Shown here: positions 49,625-57,627 of the stretch, piece by piece
How the letters are laid out: every line of letters starts with the position of its first letter
How positions within the stretch are numbered: position 1 is the first letter of the stretch
Assembly (NCBI GenBank): GCA_041651415.1
Contig: JBAZJH010000001.1
Span: 215,713-279,712 of the forward strand
Source: Minisyncoccota bacterium
Lineage (GTDB): Bacteria > Patescibacteriota > Minisyncoccia > UBA6257 > XYB1-36-10
Length of the DNA stretch: 64,000 nt
Direction: 5' to 3'
The notes under the pieces: model-generated
What the model was told of the DNA's origin: nothing
What the model saw: only the letters and a program-made list of their open reading frames with translations
The model's database searches: none
Made by a program: the position numbers and the translations under genes

Positions 49625-50035
49625 TTATTTAGGCCTCTTGGAACCGTATTTGCTTCTTTGCTGTTTGCGCTTCTCAACGCCGGCAGTGTCAAGAACGCCG
49701 CGAACGATATGATAACGAACACCGGGAAGGTCTTTGACGCGGCCGCCACGGAGAACAACCACGGAGTGCTCCTGAAGATTGTGGCCTTCGCCCGGAATAT
49801 AAGCGGTCACTTCCATGCCGTTTGAAAGCTTGACTCTTGCCACTTTACGAAGAGCCGAGTTCGGCTTTTTCGGAGTGGTGGTAAAAACTTTCAAACAGAC
49901 TCCCCTTTTGAAAGGAGAAGGAGAATCAACGGGCTTGTTTAAAATAGTATTAAAATACAGCCGAAGAGCCGGAGTTTTTTGTTTTTTAGCGGAAGTTTTT
50001 CTTCCTTTTCTGACTAATTGATTGATTGTGGGCAC
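49625..50035 (-). CDS. rpsL: 30S ribosomal protein S12
   Basis: [17 protein letters not shown] and [10 protein letters not shown]. Confidence 0.98.
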   Translation of the reverse strand: MPTINQLVRKGRKTSAKKQKTPALRLYFNTILNKPVDSPSPFKRGVCLKVFTTTPKKPNSALRKVARVKLSNGMEVTAYIPGEGHNLQEHSVVVLRGGRVKDLPGVRYHIVRGVLDTAGVEKRKQQRSKYGSKRPK

Positions 50036-50261
50036 AATAGAAGTTAAAAGTTTGTAAAGTTGAAAGTTAAAAGGACAATAATAATCGCGGGCAAGATAGC
50101 CTGCGGTTTTTAAATATAAGGCAAGAGATGCGTATTGTCAAATGACGAATTACTAATTTCTAATAACCAACTAATTATTAATAAATGACAAAAAAATAAA
50201 TTTTTCTAAATCAAGCCAAAAAATAATAAAGCTTTTAAAATTCAATAGAAAAAAGATATTT

Positions 50262-50885
50262 TTAAAAAACCAGAGAGGAACCTATTAAAAGATAAAAAAT
50301 AGCTTCGGAAATCGGGGAGATAAAAACGAAAGCAACAAGAAGAGCGATAAAAATGCCAATATAACCAAGTTTTAAAAAATGGCGGAAATATTTCGGAAAG
50401 AGAACGGCAACGATTTCTGAACCATCAAGAGGCGGGATGGGAATAAGATTGAAAACAGCAAGAACGATATTGGTGTAAACCACGAGTTCCAAAAAGAAAA
50501 TCGCGTTAGCGGAAAGGAGTCCGTAAGAAACAAGAAAAGGAGCGACAAATCTGATGAAAAGGCCGAAAACGGCGGCGATAGACAAGTTGGCGGCAGGACC
50601 GGCTAAAGCAACTTTCAGGGAACCATATTTTTTATCGGAGAGATTATAAGGATTATAAGGAACAGGCTTAGCCCAGCCGATAAAAATTCCGGAAGAAAAT
50701 AAAAGCAAGAGCGGAAGAATAATAGTGCCGAAAGGGTCAAGATGAGGAATAGGATTTAAAGTAAGGCGTCCGGCGCGTTTGGCAGTGTCGTCTCCCAATT
50801 CATAAGCCATAAGCCCATGAGCGTATTCATGAAAAATAGCCGAGACTATAATAACGAGATAAGTAAAAAAAGGAGATAAAGACAT
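50262..50885 (-). CDS. Site-2 protease (M50 family)
   Basis: HEYAH and FNLIPIPPLDG. Confidence 0.92.
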   Translation of the reverse strand: MSLSPFFTYLVIIVSAIFHEYAHGLMAYELGDDTAKRAGRLTLNPIPHLDPFGTIILPLLLLFSSGIFIGWAKPVPYNPYNLSDKKYGSLKVALAGPAANLSIAAVFGLFIRFVAPFLVSYGLLSANAIFFLELVVYTNIVLAVFNLIPIPPLDGSEIVAVLFPKYFRHFLKLGYIGIFIALLVAFVFISPISEAIFYLLIGSSLVF

Positions 50886-50949
50886 AGTTTTGCTTGCTTT
50901 TTGTGTTTCCTTATATTACACTAATTAAACTATTAAGGCAATAAAAAAT

Positions 50950-51132
50950 ATGAAACAATGTGAAATTTGCGGCAGAGGTTCCATAATGCGCAACAAAAGA
51001 GTAAAGTTGCGCGGAAATTACAACCCGACCGGAACAACCAGAAAGAAACCGAATTTGCAAAAAACTTTTTATAAAGGAGAAAGTATTTTATCCTGCACGA
51101 AGTGCATAAAAAGACAAAAGAAAGCAAAGTAA
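50950..51132 (+). CDS. rpmB: 50S ribosomal protein L28
   Basis: C.ICG...R..PNLQ...CTKC. Confidence 0.85.
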   Translation: MKQCEICGRGSIMRNKRVKLRGNYNPTGTTRKKPNLQKTFYKGESILSCTKCIKRQKKAK

Positions 51133-51177
51133 AAATTTTCCGCTTAGGGCGGAAATTTTTTTTTATGAAGTTTTTTA

Positions 51178-51310
51178 CGCGCAATGTTTCTACGGAGATT
51201 TAAACGAAACTCAATTTTGAGTTTCACCCCACAGAAAGTCGGGGTTTTATTAAATCTTAGCCGTAGAAACCTTGCGCTAACGCGCAATGTTTCTACGGAG
51301 ATTTAATAAA
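51178..51310 (+). repeat. REP/MITE-like repeat family 1, variant b, with an internal direct repeat
   Basis: acgcgcaatgtttctacggagatttaa occurs at both ends. Confidence 0.85.
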
Positions 51311-51428
51311 AAAAACCCTCTGGCGGAGGGTAAGGCCAGAGGGAAAACGGTTCGGGAGGAACCGCAGCAACCGGGAATCTCTTCTCTATCTTGTGCTATT
51401 TTTTATGATAGTTTAAAGGAAAAAAAAG

Positions 51429-51998
51429 TCAATACCCAGTAGACTTGCCAATTTGGCGATTTATAGAAAATGAAGAACCGTCCAGTGACGCGCCTAAAGA
51501 ATAAGATTCATCACCGCAACCATTTGTAATTAACGGTATGATATTAGGGACCGGACCAAAAATCCAAAGATTGTGTTTTTTGCTCGCCTCTTCTAAATCT
51601 TGAGCAAAAGAGAGAATTCTTTTAATGAAGGTGTTTTCTTTCCAAGAAAGTTTTGGCCAAGCGGCTCCGCAAATTCTTGAAATGAAATCAATTTTAATTT
51701 CATTCAAATCCGGCCTGATAGCCTTTAATTCCTCTTCGGTAACGACTCTAAGTTCATAAGGAGAAGAGATTGAAAACGGTTCACCAAATTTCTTTTCACA
51801 AAAAGGGCCTCTTCCATCCCAGAAACAAGACGGACCTTTTACTGCGACATGACGAATTATTCCGTTTTTCATCAAGCCATAGATAGGCCAACCGGTTCCC
51901 CGCGAAAAAGCGATCGCGAAAGCATAGCATTCCCCATCAAGACAAAAAGATTTTATGAAAGACCGAAGTTCTTTTCTATTAATCGGCGATATTTCCAT
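51429..51998 (-). CDS. Hypothetical protein with a Cys-His-Asp pattern
   Basis: SD ggagg; GECYAFAIA...GW...RHV...WDGRG. Confidence 0.65.
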   Translation of the reverse strand: MEISPINRKELRSFIKSFCLDGECYAFAIAFSRGTGWPIYGLMKNGIIRHVAVKGPSCFWDGRGPFCEKKFGEPFSISSPYELRVVTEEELKAIRPDLNEIKIDFISRICGAAWPKLSWKENTFIKRILSFAQDLEEASKKHNLWIFGPVPNIIPLITNGCGDESYSLGASLDGSSFSINRQIGKSTGY

Positions 51999-52148
51999 AG
52001 TGCGCCTCCGAACACAGGTTTATAAAAAAGCTCAAAATATAATAAATGACTTTTAGTGTTTCGTCAATATCAGACAAAAAACAATCTTGTGAAAAAGAGC
52101 CCGGTCAGATAAGATAAAAGAAAAGTTTTGTTTTTAAAGTATTTCTAA

Positions 52149-52219
52149 CGGGCTGTCGTATAACGGAAGTACGCATGCATGGGGTGCATGTAGCCCGGGT
52201 TCAATTCCCGGCAGCCCGA
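52149..52219 (+). tRNA. tRNA-Pro(GGG)
   Basis: Acceptor cgggctg/cagcccg, anticodon arm catgc-atGGGgt-gcatg, T-arm ccggg-ttcaatt-cccgg. Confidence 0.92.
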
Positions 52220-52267
52220 CAAAGATAAGCGCAAAAAAACAAAGTTTGATATAAAACAGATTTAAAT

Positions 52268-52349
52268 CGGGTTCTTAGCCAGAGTCCGTCTTTAATGGAA
52301 ATTCCCGGCCCGCTTCGCCGAGACAAAAGCGAGGCGAGCAGCCCAACCA
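52268..52349 (+). pseudogene. Duplicated 3' part of tRNA-Pro, interrupted by two insertions
   Basis: cgggttc[insert]aattcccgg[cccgcttcg...cgaggcgag]cagcccaacca. Confidence 0.7.
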
Positions 52350-52460
52350 ACTTTAACTTTTTTCTTGACTTTAAATAATATCTGTGCTATAAAAAGCAAG
52401 GTTTTAAATTGCGGTGTTTTGCCGCAAAAGCACATAAAAAATTAAAAAGGAGAAAGAATC

Positions 52461-52964
52461 ATGGGACAAAGATGGAAGGATTATGAGGGTGCGTTGGAAT
52501 ATGGACCGAAAAAAATTGTCGTAAAGGTTATTTTGGGACTTTTTTCGGTCGCTGTTTTGGTTTTTGTTCTCGGATATATGTTTGGTTGGTTCGGTGAAGC
52601 AGTAATGTTAGCGAAAGAGGAATTCGGACCGCGCGCCATGCTTGAAAAGTATGAGTGGTTTAAAGATGCCGCCGCTCAACTTGAAAAAAAGCAGGCAGAC
52701 ATTGCTGTTTACAACGGACGCTTAACGGCGATGAACGGGACTTATAAAGACCTCGCTCGCCAGAAGTGGCCGCGTGAAGACCGGGAACAATATAACATTT
52801 GGACATCGGAAGTCGCCGGAGTAAAAGCAAGTTTTAATGCGCTTGCTGCCGATTACAATGCCCAAATGGCCAAGTTTAATTGGCGATTCGCTAATGCCGG
52901 AGATTTGCCTAAAGGAGCGGATAAACCGCTTCCGCGAGAATTTAAAGAATACATTTCCCAATAG
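52461..52964 (+). CDS. Membrane-anchored coiled-coil hypothetical protein
   Basis: SD aaggag, one TM, YEWFK...YNA...KFNW; promoter TTGACT-17-TATAAA upstream. Confidence 0.75.
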   Translation: MGQRWKDYEGALEYGPKKIVVKVILGLFSVAVLVFVLGYMFGWFGEAVMLAKEEFGPRAMLEKYEWFKDAAAQLEKKQADIAVYNGRLTAMNGTYKDLARQKWPREDREQYNIWTSEVAGVKASFNALAADYNAQMAKFNWRFANAGDLPKGADKPLPREFKEYISQ

Positions 52965-52998
52965 TTCCAGGAATCAAACGAAAGAAAGGAAAATACAA

Positions 52999-53553
52999 AT
53001 GAAGAAAGCATCCGTAGTTTTCACTTTTGTTTTAGCGCTTGGCATCTTAACTGGATGCGGACCCCAAGTTCAATCTGTATCCGGAACTAAGATGGCAACA
53101 GTCGAGGAAGTCAAAACCGGCTCTAACGGACTGACGGTTGAACAACAAAACATATCGGATCGCATTATTATGGACAACCAACCCGGCGCCATCAAACACT
53201 TGTATGTTGTTTCCGCTTATAGTGGACAGGTCATTATTTATTCCACTGTCCGCGGAAAAGTAACAAGTAGCGGGAAAAGATTAACACCAGACAGTGTTGT
53301 AAATAGTGTAAATAATTTCCGTTTTAATATAAGCGGAATGGAATTTTGTACAGATAAGGTTCTAGGAGAAGATGGGACCTATGGATCGTCTATAGAATAC
53401 TTGTATTGGTGGGATGCGAAAGGAGTTTACCATCAGCAATACGTAACCGGCGGCATGATTCTTCATGTTTCCGACCAACCGCTTGCGGTTAAGGGAATTA
53501 TCATTAATATGGAAATTACCCAAAAACCGGAAGTGGAAGCAAAAGAAGAATAA
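52999..53553 (+). CDS. Putative lipoprotein
   Basis: Lipobox ILTGC after a signal peptide; GKVTSSGKRLTP and EDGTYGSS. Confidence 0.75.
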   Translation: MKKASVVFTFVLALGILTGCGPQVQSVSGTKMATVEEVKTGSNGLTVEQQNISDRIIMDNQPGAIKHLYVVSAYSGQVIIYSTVRGKVTSSGKRLTPDSVVNSVNNFRFNISGMEFCTDKVLGEDGTYGSSIEYLYWWDAKGVYHQQYVTGGMILHVSDQPLAVKGIIINMEITQKPEVEAKEE

Positions 53554-53572
53554 AGAGGAGAAAAAACCAACA

Positions 53573-53605
53573 ACGCCTTACGGAGAAATCCGCAAGGCGT
53601 TTTTT
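53573..53605. terminator. Bidirectional intrinsic terminator
   Basis: aacgcctt.cgg-agaaat-ccg.aaggcgtt followed by a T-tract. Confidence 0.65.
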
Positions 53606-53621
53606 ATTAAATATTTTTAAA

Positions 53622-54557
53622 TTAGTTTTTTATTTTTTGTTTGAAAGAATCGATAAGAGGCGTAGATAAAGGATTTACTCCGGAAGATTTGGCAATGGAA
53701 AGAGAAGCCCAGCCCGCAATGAGAAGAGAAGAAAAAATCTCTTCAAAAACATTATCTCCCTTCGATTCGTTCACGAGAACGGATTTAAAGATTTCGGAAG
53801 TAACGGCCATTCTTTTTTTAATCATCGCCGAGTCGCGAGAAGAAGAAAGAAAAATAAAAGCAAATTTATTTAAGCCGGAAGAAAAACCTTCCATTTCGTT
53901 ATGATTCAGTTCCGGAAAATAATTGGCAAAAGCGGGAATTTTGGCGGTTTCGTTGAATTTTATTTTCCAAGCGTAAGCGAGCGGGAAATTAAGAAGGGAA
54001 GAATAAACGACAGGAATCTTGCCGGAAATAAATTCGGCAAATTTTTCTCCGTCCTTGATAAAAGATTCCGGGCGGAATTTAGAAGAAAGAGAAGAAACTT
54101 CTTCCTCTTCTTTTTTAAGACCGATTAATTTAAGGAGAGCTTTTAAAGAAAAGCCGAGGGCAAGGCGAGGCGGAAAACCGGCAGGAATTTTTACAAAAGG
54201 AATTTTGTTTTCCAGAGCCAGACGAAGAAGCTGGCCACCAGAGGAAACAACGGCAAGATTCAATCCCTTTTTTAAAGATTCATTAAAAACATCAAGCGTT
54301 TCTTCGGTTTCGCCGGAATAAGAAGAACAGATAATAAGAGAATCATTTAAAAAATAATCGGGAACGCGAGGAAGTCCGTAGTCGCGATGGATAAGAAGGT
54401 CCAGTTTTGGAGCGGCAATTTTAATAAATCCGGCTGATAAATGGGAACCGCCCATACCAGCGACAATAAACTTATCCGCGCCTTTTAAATTTTCTGAATT
54501 GATTATTTCAGGCTGAAAAGCAAATTGGGCGGAAAAGTTTTTAAGGATATTTTCCAT
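53622..54557 (-). CDS. Bifunctional phosphoglucose/phosphomannose isomerase (SIS)
   Basis: GMGGS, SYSG.TEET, PPR and NETAK...PELNHNE. Confidence 0.92.
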   Translation of the reverse strand: MENILKNFSAQFAFQPEIINSENLKGADKFIVAGMGGSHLSAGFIKIAAPKLDLLIHRDYGLPRVPDYFLNDSLIICSSYSGETEETLDVFNESLKKGLNLAVVSSGGQLLRLALENKIPFVKIPAGFPPRLALGFSLKALLKLIGLKKEEEEVSSLSSKFRPESFIKDGEKFAEFISGKIPVVYSSLLNFPLAYAWKIKFNETAKIPAFANYFPELNHNEMEGFSSGLNKFAFIFLSSSRDSAMIKKRMAVTSEIFKSVLVNESKGDNVFEEIFSSLLIAGWASLSIAKSSGVNPLSTPLIDSFKQKIKN

Positions 54558-54615
54558 AAAAAGATTATAACATAAAACCGGTCCGATTATATCGGACCGG
54601 TTTTTAAAAGAAAGA

Positions 54616-55326
54616 TTAATTTGCCAAAGCTTTGTCTAAAACAGATTTTATGAATTCAGTTGGATAAGCGCCTGGAATAGTACCCACGTAACCTTTTTCG
54701 TTAAAAACAAGAGAGTAAGGAGTGCCTTCAGCGCCGTTTTTTGAACCTTCGGCAGCTTCAGAGGCTACAGAAGAAGCATATTTACCGGAATCAAGGCAAG
54801 AAGAAAAAGCTTTTTCGTCTATACCCAGAGTTTTAGCGATATCAGACAATTCAGCGATTTTAATCTGTTCGTTTTTGAAAAGTTCATCGGCAAATTTCCA
54901 GAAAGCGTCATTGCCGCCAAGTTCGGCAACACATTCGGAAGCTTCCGCCTTTTTTTCCGCTCCGGCATGAATGCTTAAAGGAAAGTGGCGGTAAATCCAA
55001 GCAACTTTTCCGGTATCGATATAATCAGCTTTAACATCATTCAACATAGTTTCCTGAAATTTTCCGCAGAAAGGACATTCCAGGTCGGAATATTCATAAA
55101 TTTTAACGAAAGCATTGCGGTCGCCAAGAATATGGTCAGTATCCGAAACAGGAGAAACCGATATTTCTGTTTTTGCGCCAAGAGATTCTTCCACTTTTGC
55201 CTGTTCGCCATTTTTAACTGAAGGACTGGAGTCATAAACAACAGCTCCCGCGATAAGAAGGCCGGCGACAATAATGGAACTTGCGATAATATAAATGTTA
55301 TTTTGTTCTTTATTATTTTCTGACAT
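54616..55326 (-). CDS. DsbA/DsbG-like thioredoxin-fold oxidoreductase
   Basis: N-terminal TM, YSDLECPFC, RHFPL and GTP. Confidence 0.9.
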   Translation of the reverse strand: MSENNKEQNNIYIIASSIIVAGLLIAGAVVYDSSPSVKNGEQAKVEESLGAKTEISVSPVSDTDHILGDRNAFVKIYEYSDLECPFCGKFQETMLNDVKADYIDTGKVAWIYRHFPLSIHAGAEKKAEASECVAELGGNDAFWKFADELFKNEQIKIAELSDIAKTLGIDEKAFSSCLDSGKYASSVASEAAEGSKNGAEGTPYSLVFNEKGYVGTIPGAYPTEFIKSVLDKALAN

Positions 55327-55400
55327 TTTAAATAAGTGAATTATAAAAGGCGAGATAAGTATAAAAGAAAAGGAAAAAGTTATCAACAAAAAAGAGGGGG

Positions 55401-55775
55401 TTGAAAATAAAAAAGAGGTTTGATAATATTGAAATCAGTACTTCAAACCGGTTATAGAAGAACTGAAGGAAGAGTAAAACTCAAACGACTTATGGAAGCC
55501 GTTTGGGCGGAAAATGGGAAGCGGTTCGACCGCACTTTGCTTGGTTATCAACAAACCGGCAAAAGGAGAAATATCATGTTGAAAGACAAAATGGTCGCGG
55601 GTTCCCGCGGTCAACCACAGGAATTCGGTTTCGGTTTTGAGTCTACAGTGTCTACAGTTCGGTTCTGCGACAGCGACGCGGTGGAGACTACTCTCTAAAG
55701 AGCACGCGCTTAGTGCATAGGGGGGAGATGTCTTCTACCCGGCCCGAGGCAAAAAGTCTCGGGCCTTTTAATTTT
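55401..55775 (+). ncRNA. Structured RNA/micropeptide unit 1 (promoter, multi-hairpin RNA, 40-aa sORF at 55576-55698, terminator)
   Basis: TTGAAA-17-TAATAT promoter; homologous to unit 2 with compensatory changes; ggcccgag/ctcgggcc-T terminator. Confidence 0.55.
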
Positions 55776-55780
55776 TAATA

Positions 55781-56145
55781 TTGACAAAAAATAAATCGAT
55801 TTGATATTATAAAAGCAGTACTTCAAACCGGTTGAAGAAAGAGTAAAACTCAAACGACTTATGGAAGCCGTTTGGGCGGAAAATGGGAAGCGGTTTCGGC
55901 CGCACTTCGCTTGGCTAGCAAGCCAGCGGAGGGAGAAATTATCATGTTTACCCAAAAGACGGCGACCTGTGGATGTCCACGCGGTCGCCCGGAAACGATG
56001 GCTCAGTTTTTTTCAGTCACGACGGCCCCCAGAATCAGCGACGCAGTGGAGACTTTCCAAAGCACACGCTAAGGTAAACACCCCAAGTGCGTAGGAACTC
56101 TCCTACCCGGCCCGAGACAAAAAGTCTCGGGCCTTTTAATTTTTA
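55781..56145 (+). ncRNA. Structured RNA/micropeptide unit 2 (sORF at 55944-56072)
   Basis: TTGACA-18-TATTAT promoter; same leader and terminator as unit 1. Confidence 0.55.
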
Positions 56146-56154
56146 ATATTGAAA

Positions 56155-56259
56155 TGAAACTCCACGGCCTTACAGCCGTGGTATCTTCAAGTTTCACCCC
56201 GCCAAAGGCGGGGTTTTATTAAAAATGAAGCCCCGCAGCCCTATGGTCGTGGAGTTTCA
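56155..56259 (+). repeat. REP/MITE-like repeat family 1 copy overlapping the mutM stop codon
   Basis: tgaaactccacggcc...gtggagtttca terminal inverted ends. Confidence 0.8.
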
Positions 56260-57120
56260 TTTTTGGCAGTTCGGGCAAAATCTTGTTCCACGCCCGCCGA
56301 CCTTCATTTTTTCTATTTTTGATTTGCGGCAACGCGGGCACAATTTTTTTTCTTTTTGATAAACCTTAAGAAATTTAGCAAAACCTCCGGGATGGCCGTC
56401 GCTATTTCTAAAATCGCGAAAAGTAGTCCCCTTGTGTTTAATCGCTTTTTTCAAAATCGATTGGCATAGCAAAAATATTTTTTCTTTTTCTTTTTTTGTC
56501 AAACTTTCCAACTTTCTATCCGGCCGGACCTTCGCTTCAAAACAAATTTCATCCGCGTAAATATTGCCGATTCCCGCGATAAGACCTTGATTCATCAAAA
56601 CCGCTTTTATTTTTCCTTTTTTATTTTCCAATAATTTTAAAAAAGATTTTTTTGTAAAAGCGGGAGAAAGCGGGTCAAGCCCGTATTTTTCTTCCACTGC
56701 CATTTTTTCTTTCTCATTAACCAGTTTCATATAACCGAATTGGCGCATATCGTTAAAGAAAAGCCGGCTATTATCGGAAAAAGAAAAAATGATGTGCGAA
56801 TACTTATTCGGCAAATCTTTTAAGTCGCTATCGGAAATTTTGTGTCCGCCGGCAGTTATCTTTTCTTTTTTCTTATAAATAAGCTGGCCGGTCATTTTTA
56901 AGTGAGTAAGCAAAAAAAGGCCGTTTGAGAGATAAAAAATTAAAAGTTTTCCGGCGCGGGAAATTTTGATAAATTTTCGCCCTTCCATTTTTTTGATAAA
57001 TTCAGAAGCATTTCCGCGCACGATTTTTTTCTTTCTGACTTCCACTTTTTTTATCCTTTTTCCTAAGATGATTTTTTCTAAATCCTTTTTTATTGTTTCT
57101 ACTTCCGGAAGTTCGGGCAT
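56257..57120 (-). CDS. mutM: Formamidopyrimidine-DNA glycosylase
   Basis: MPELPEVET, HLKMTG, GIGNIYADE and a C-terminal Zn finger. Confidence 0.97.
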   Translation of the reverse strand: MPELPEVETIKKDLEKIILGKRIKKVEVRKKKIVRGNASEFIKKMEGRKFIKISRAGKLLIFYLSNGLFLLTHLKMTGQLIYKKKEKITAGGHKISDSDLKDLPNKYSHIIFSFSDNSRLFFNDMRQFGYMKLVNEKEKMAVEEKYGLDPLSPAFTKKSFLKLLENKKGKIKAVLMNQGLIAGIGNIYADEICFEAKVRPDRKLESLTKKEKEKIFLLCQSILKKAIKHKGTTFRDFRNSDGHPGGFAKFLKVYQKEKKLCPRCRKSKIEKMKVGGRGTRFCPNCQK

Positions 57121-57167
57121 GGTAATTATGTCATTTTTACGACTTTAAATAGGTGTTTTTATTCCGC

Positions 57168-57217
57168 CTGTCATTCCAGCGAAAGCCTGCCTGCCGGTAG
57201 GTATGGCTGGAATCTAG
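57168..57217 (+). repeat. GTCATTCC..GGAATC REP-like hairpin containing a nested CCTGCCTGCCGG palindrome
   Basis: ctgtcattccagcgaaag[cctgcctgccggtaggtatgg]ctggaatctag. Confidence 0.75.
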
Positions 57218-57218
57218 G

Positions 57219-57510
57219 TTAATTGATAAATTTATAATATAAATCCTCCCATTTTGGGTTCTCTTTTTCAATAAGCCCCAATTTCCAATTTCTTTTCCAT
57301 GCTTTCAAATTTTTTTTCTCTTTTTATTGCATCGTAAGCATTAACAGTTTCTTCATAATAAACAAGCTTATCAACTCCGTATTTTTTAGTGAATCCTTCA
57401 ACTAGTTTATTTTTATGCTCTCCAATCCTTCTTAAAAGATCAGAGGTAACGCCAACATACAAGGTACCATTTCTTTTACTGGCTAAAATGTAGACGTAAT
57501 AAGATTTCAT
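57219..57510 (-). pseudogene. GIY-YIG nuclease (YhbQ-like), frameshifted in an A8 tract
   Basis: YYVYILAS.RNGTLYVGVT; removing one A at 57310-57317 restores LKAWKRNWKLGLIEKENPKWEDL. Confidence 0.85.
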
Positions 57511-57520
57511 AAATAACTTT

Positions 57521-57549
57521 CTGGATTCCCGCCTTCGCGGGAATGACAG
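57521..57549 (-). repeat. GTCATTCCCGCGAAGGCGGGAATCCAG REP-like hairpin
   Basis: Inverted partner of 57168-57217 on the other side of the GIY-YIG gene. Confidence 0.8.
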
Positions 57550-57627
57550 ACAAGAAAAGAGTTTTGCATCTATCTTAAATTCAATAAAAAGAGATCTTAC
57601 AGAAATGACTGGAAAAAATAATAAAAA

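Noticed and set aside
35437-50021. Many plus-strand ORFs across the ribosomal cluster (e.g. 39086-39931, 45237-45800, 48275-48823)
   Set aside because: Antisense shadows of highly conserved genes; no motifs or start signals
55420-56094. Longer ORF-track frames (55420-55698, 55861-56094) and a tmRNA/RNase P/CRISPR reading of the tandem units
   Set aside because: The first frame starts inside the promoter and the second lacks an SD; no tRNA-like ends, RNase P core or repeat-spacer periodicity
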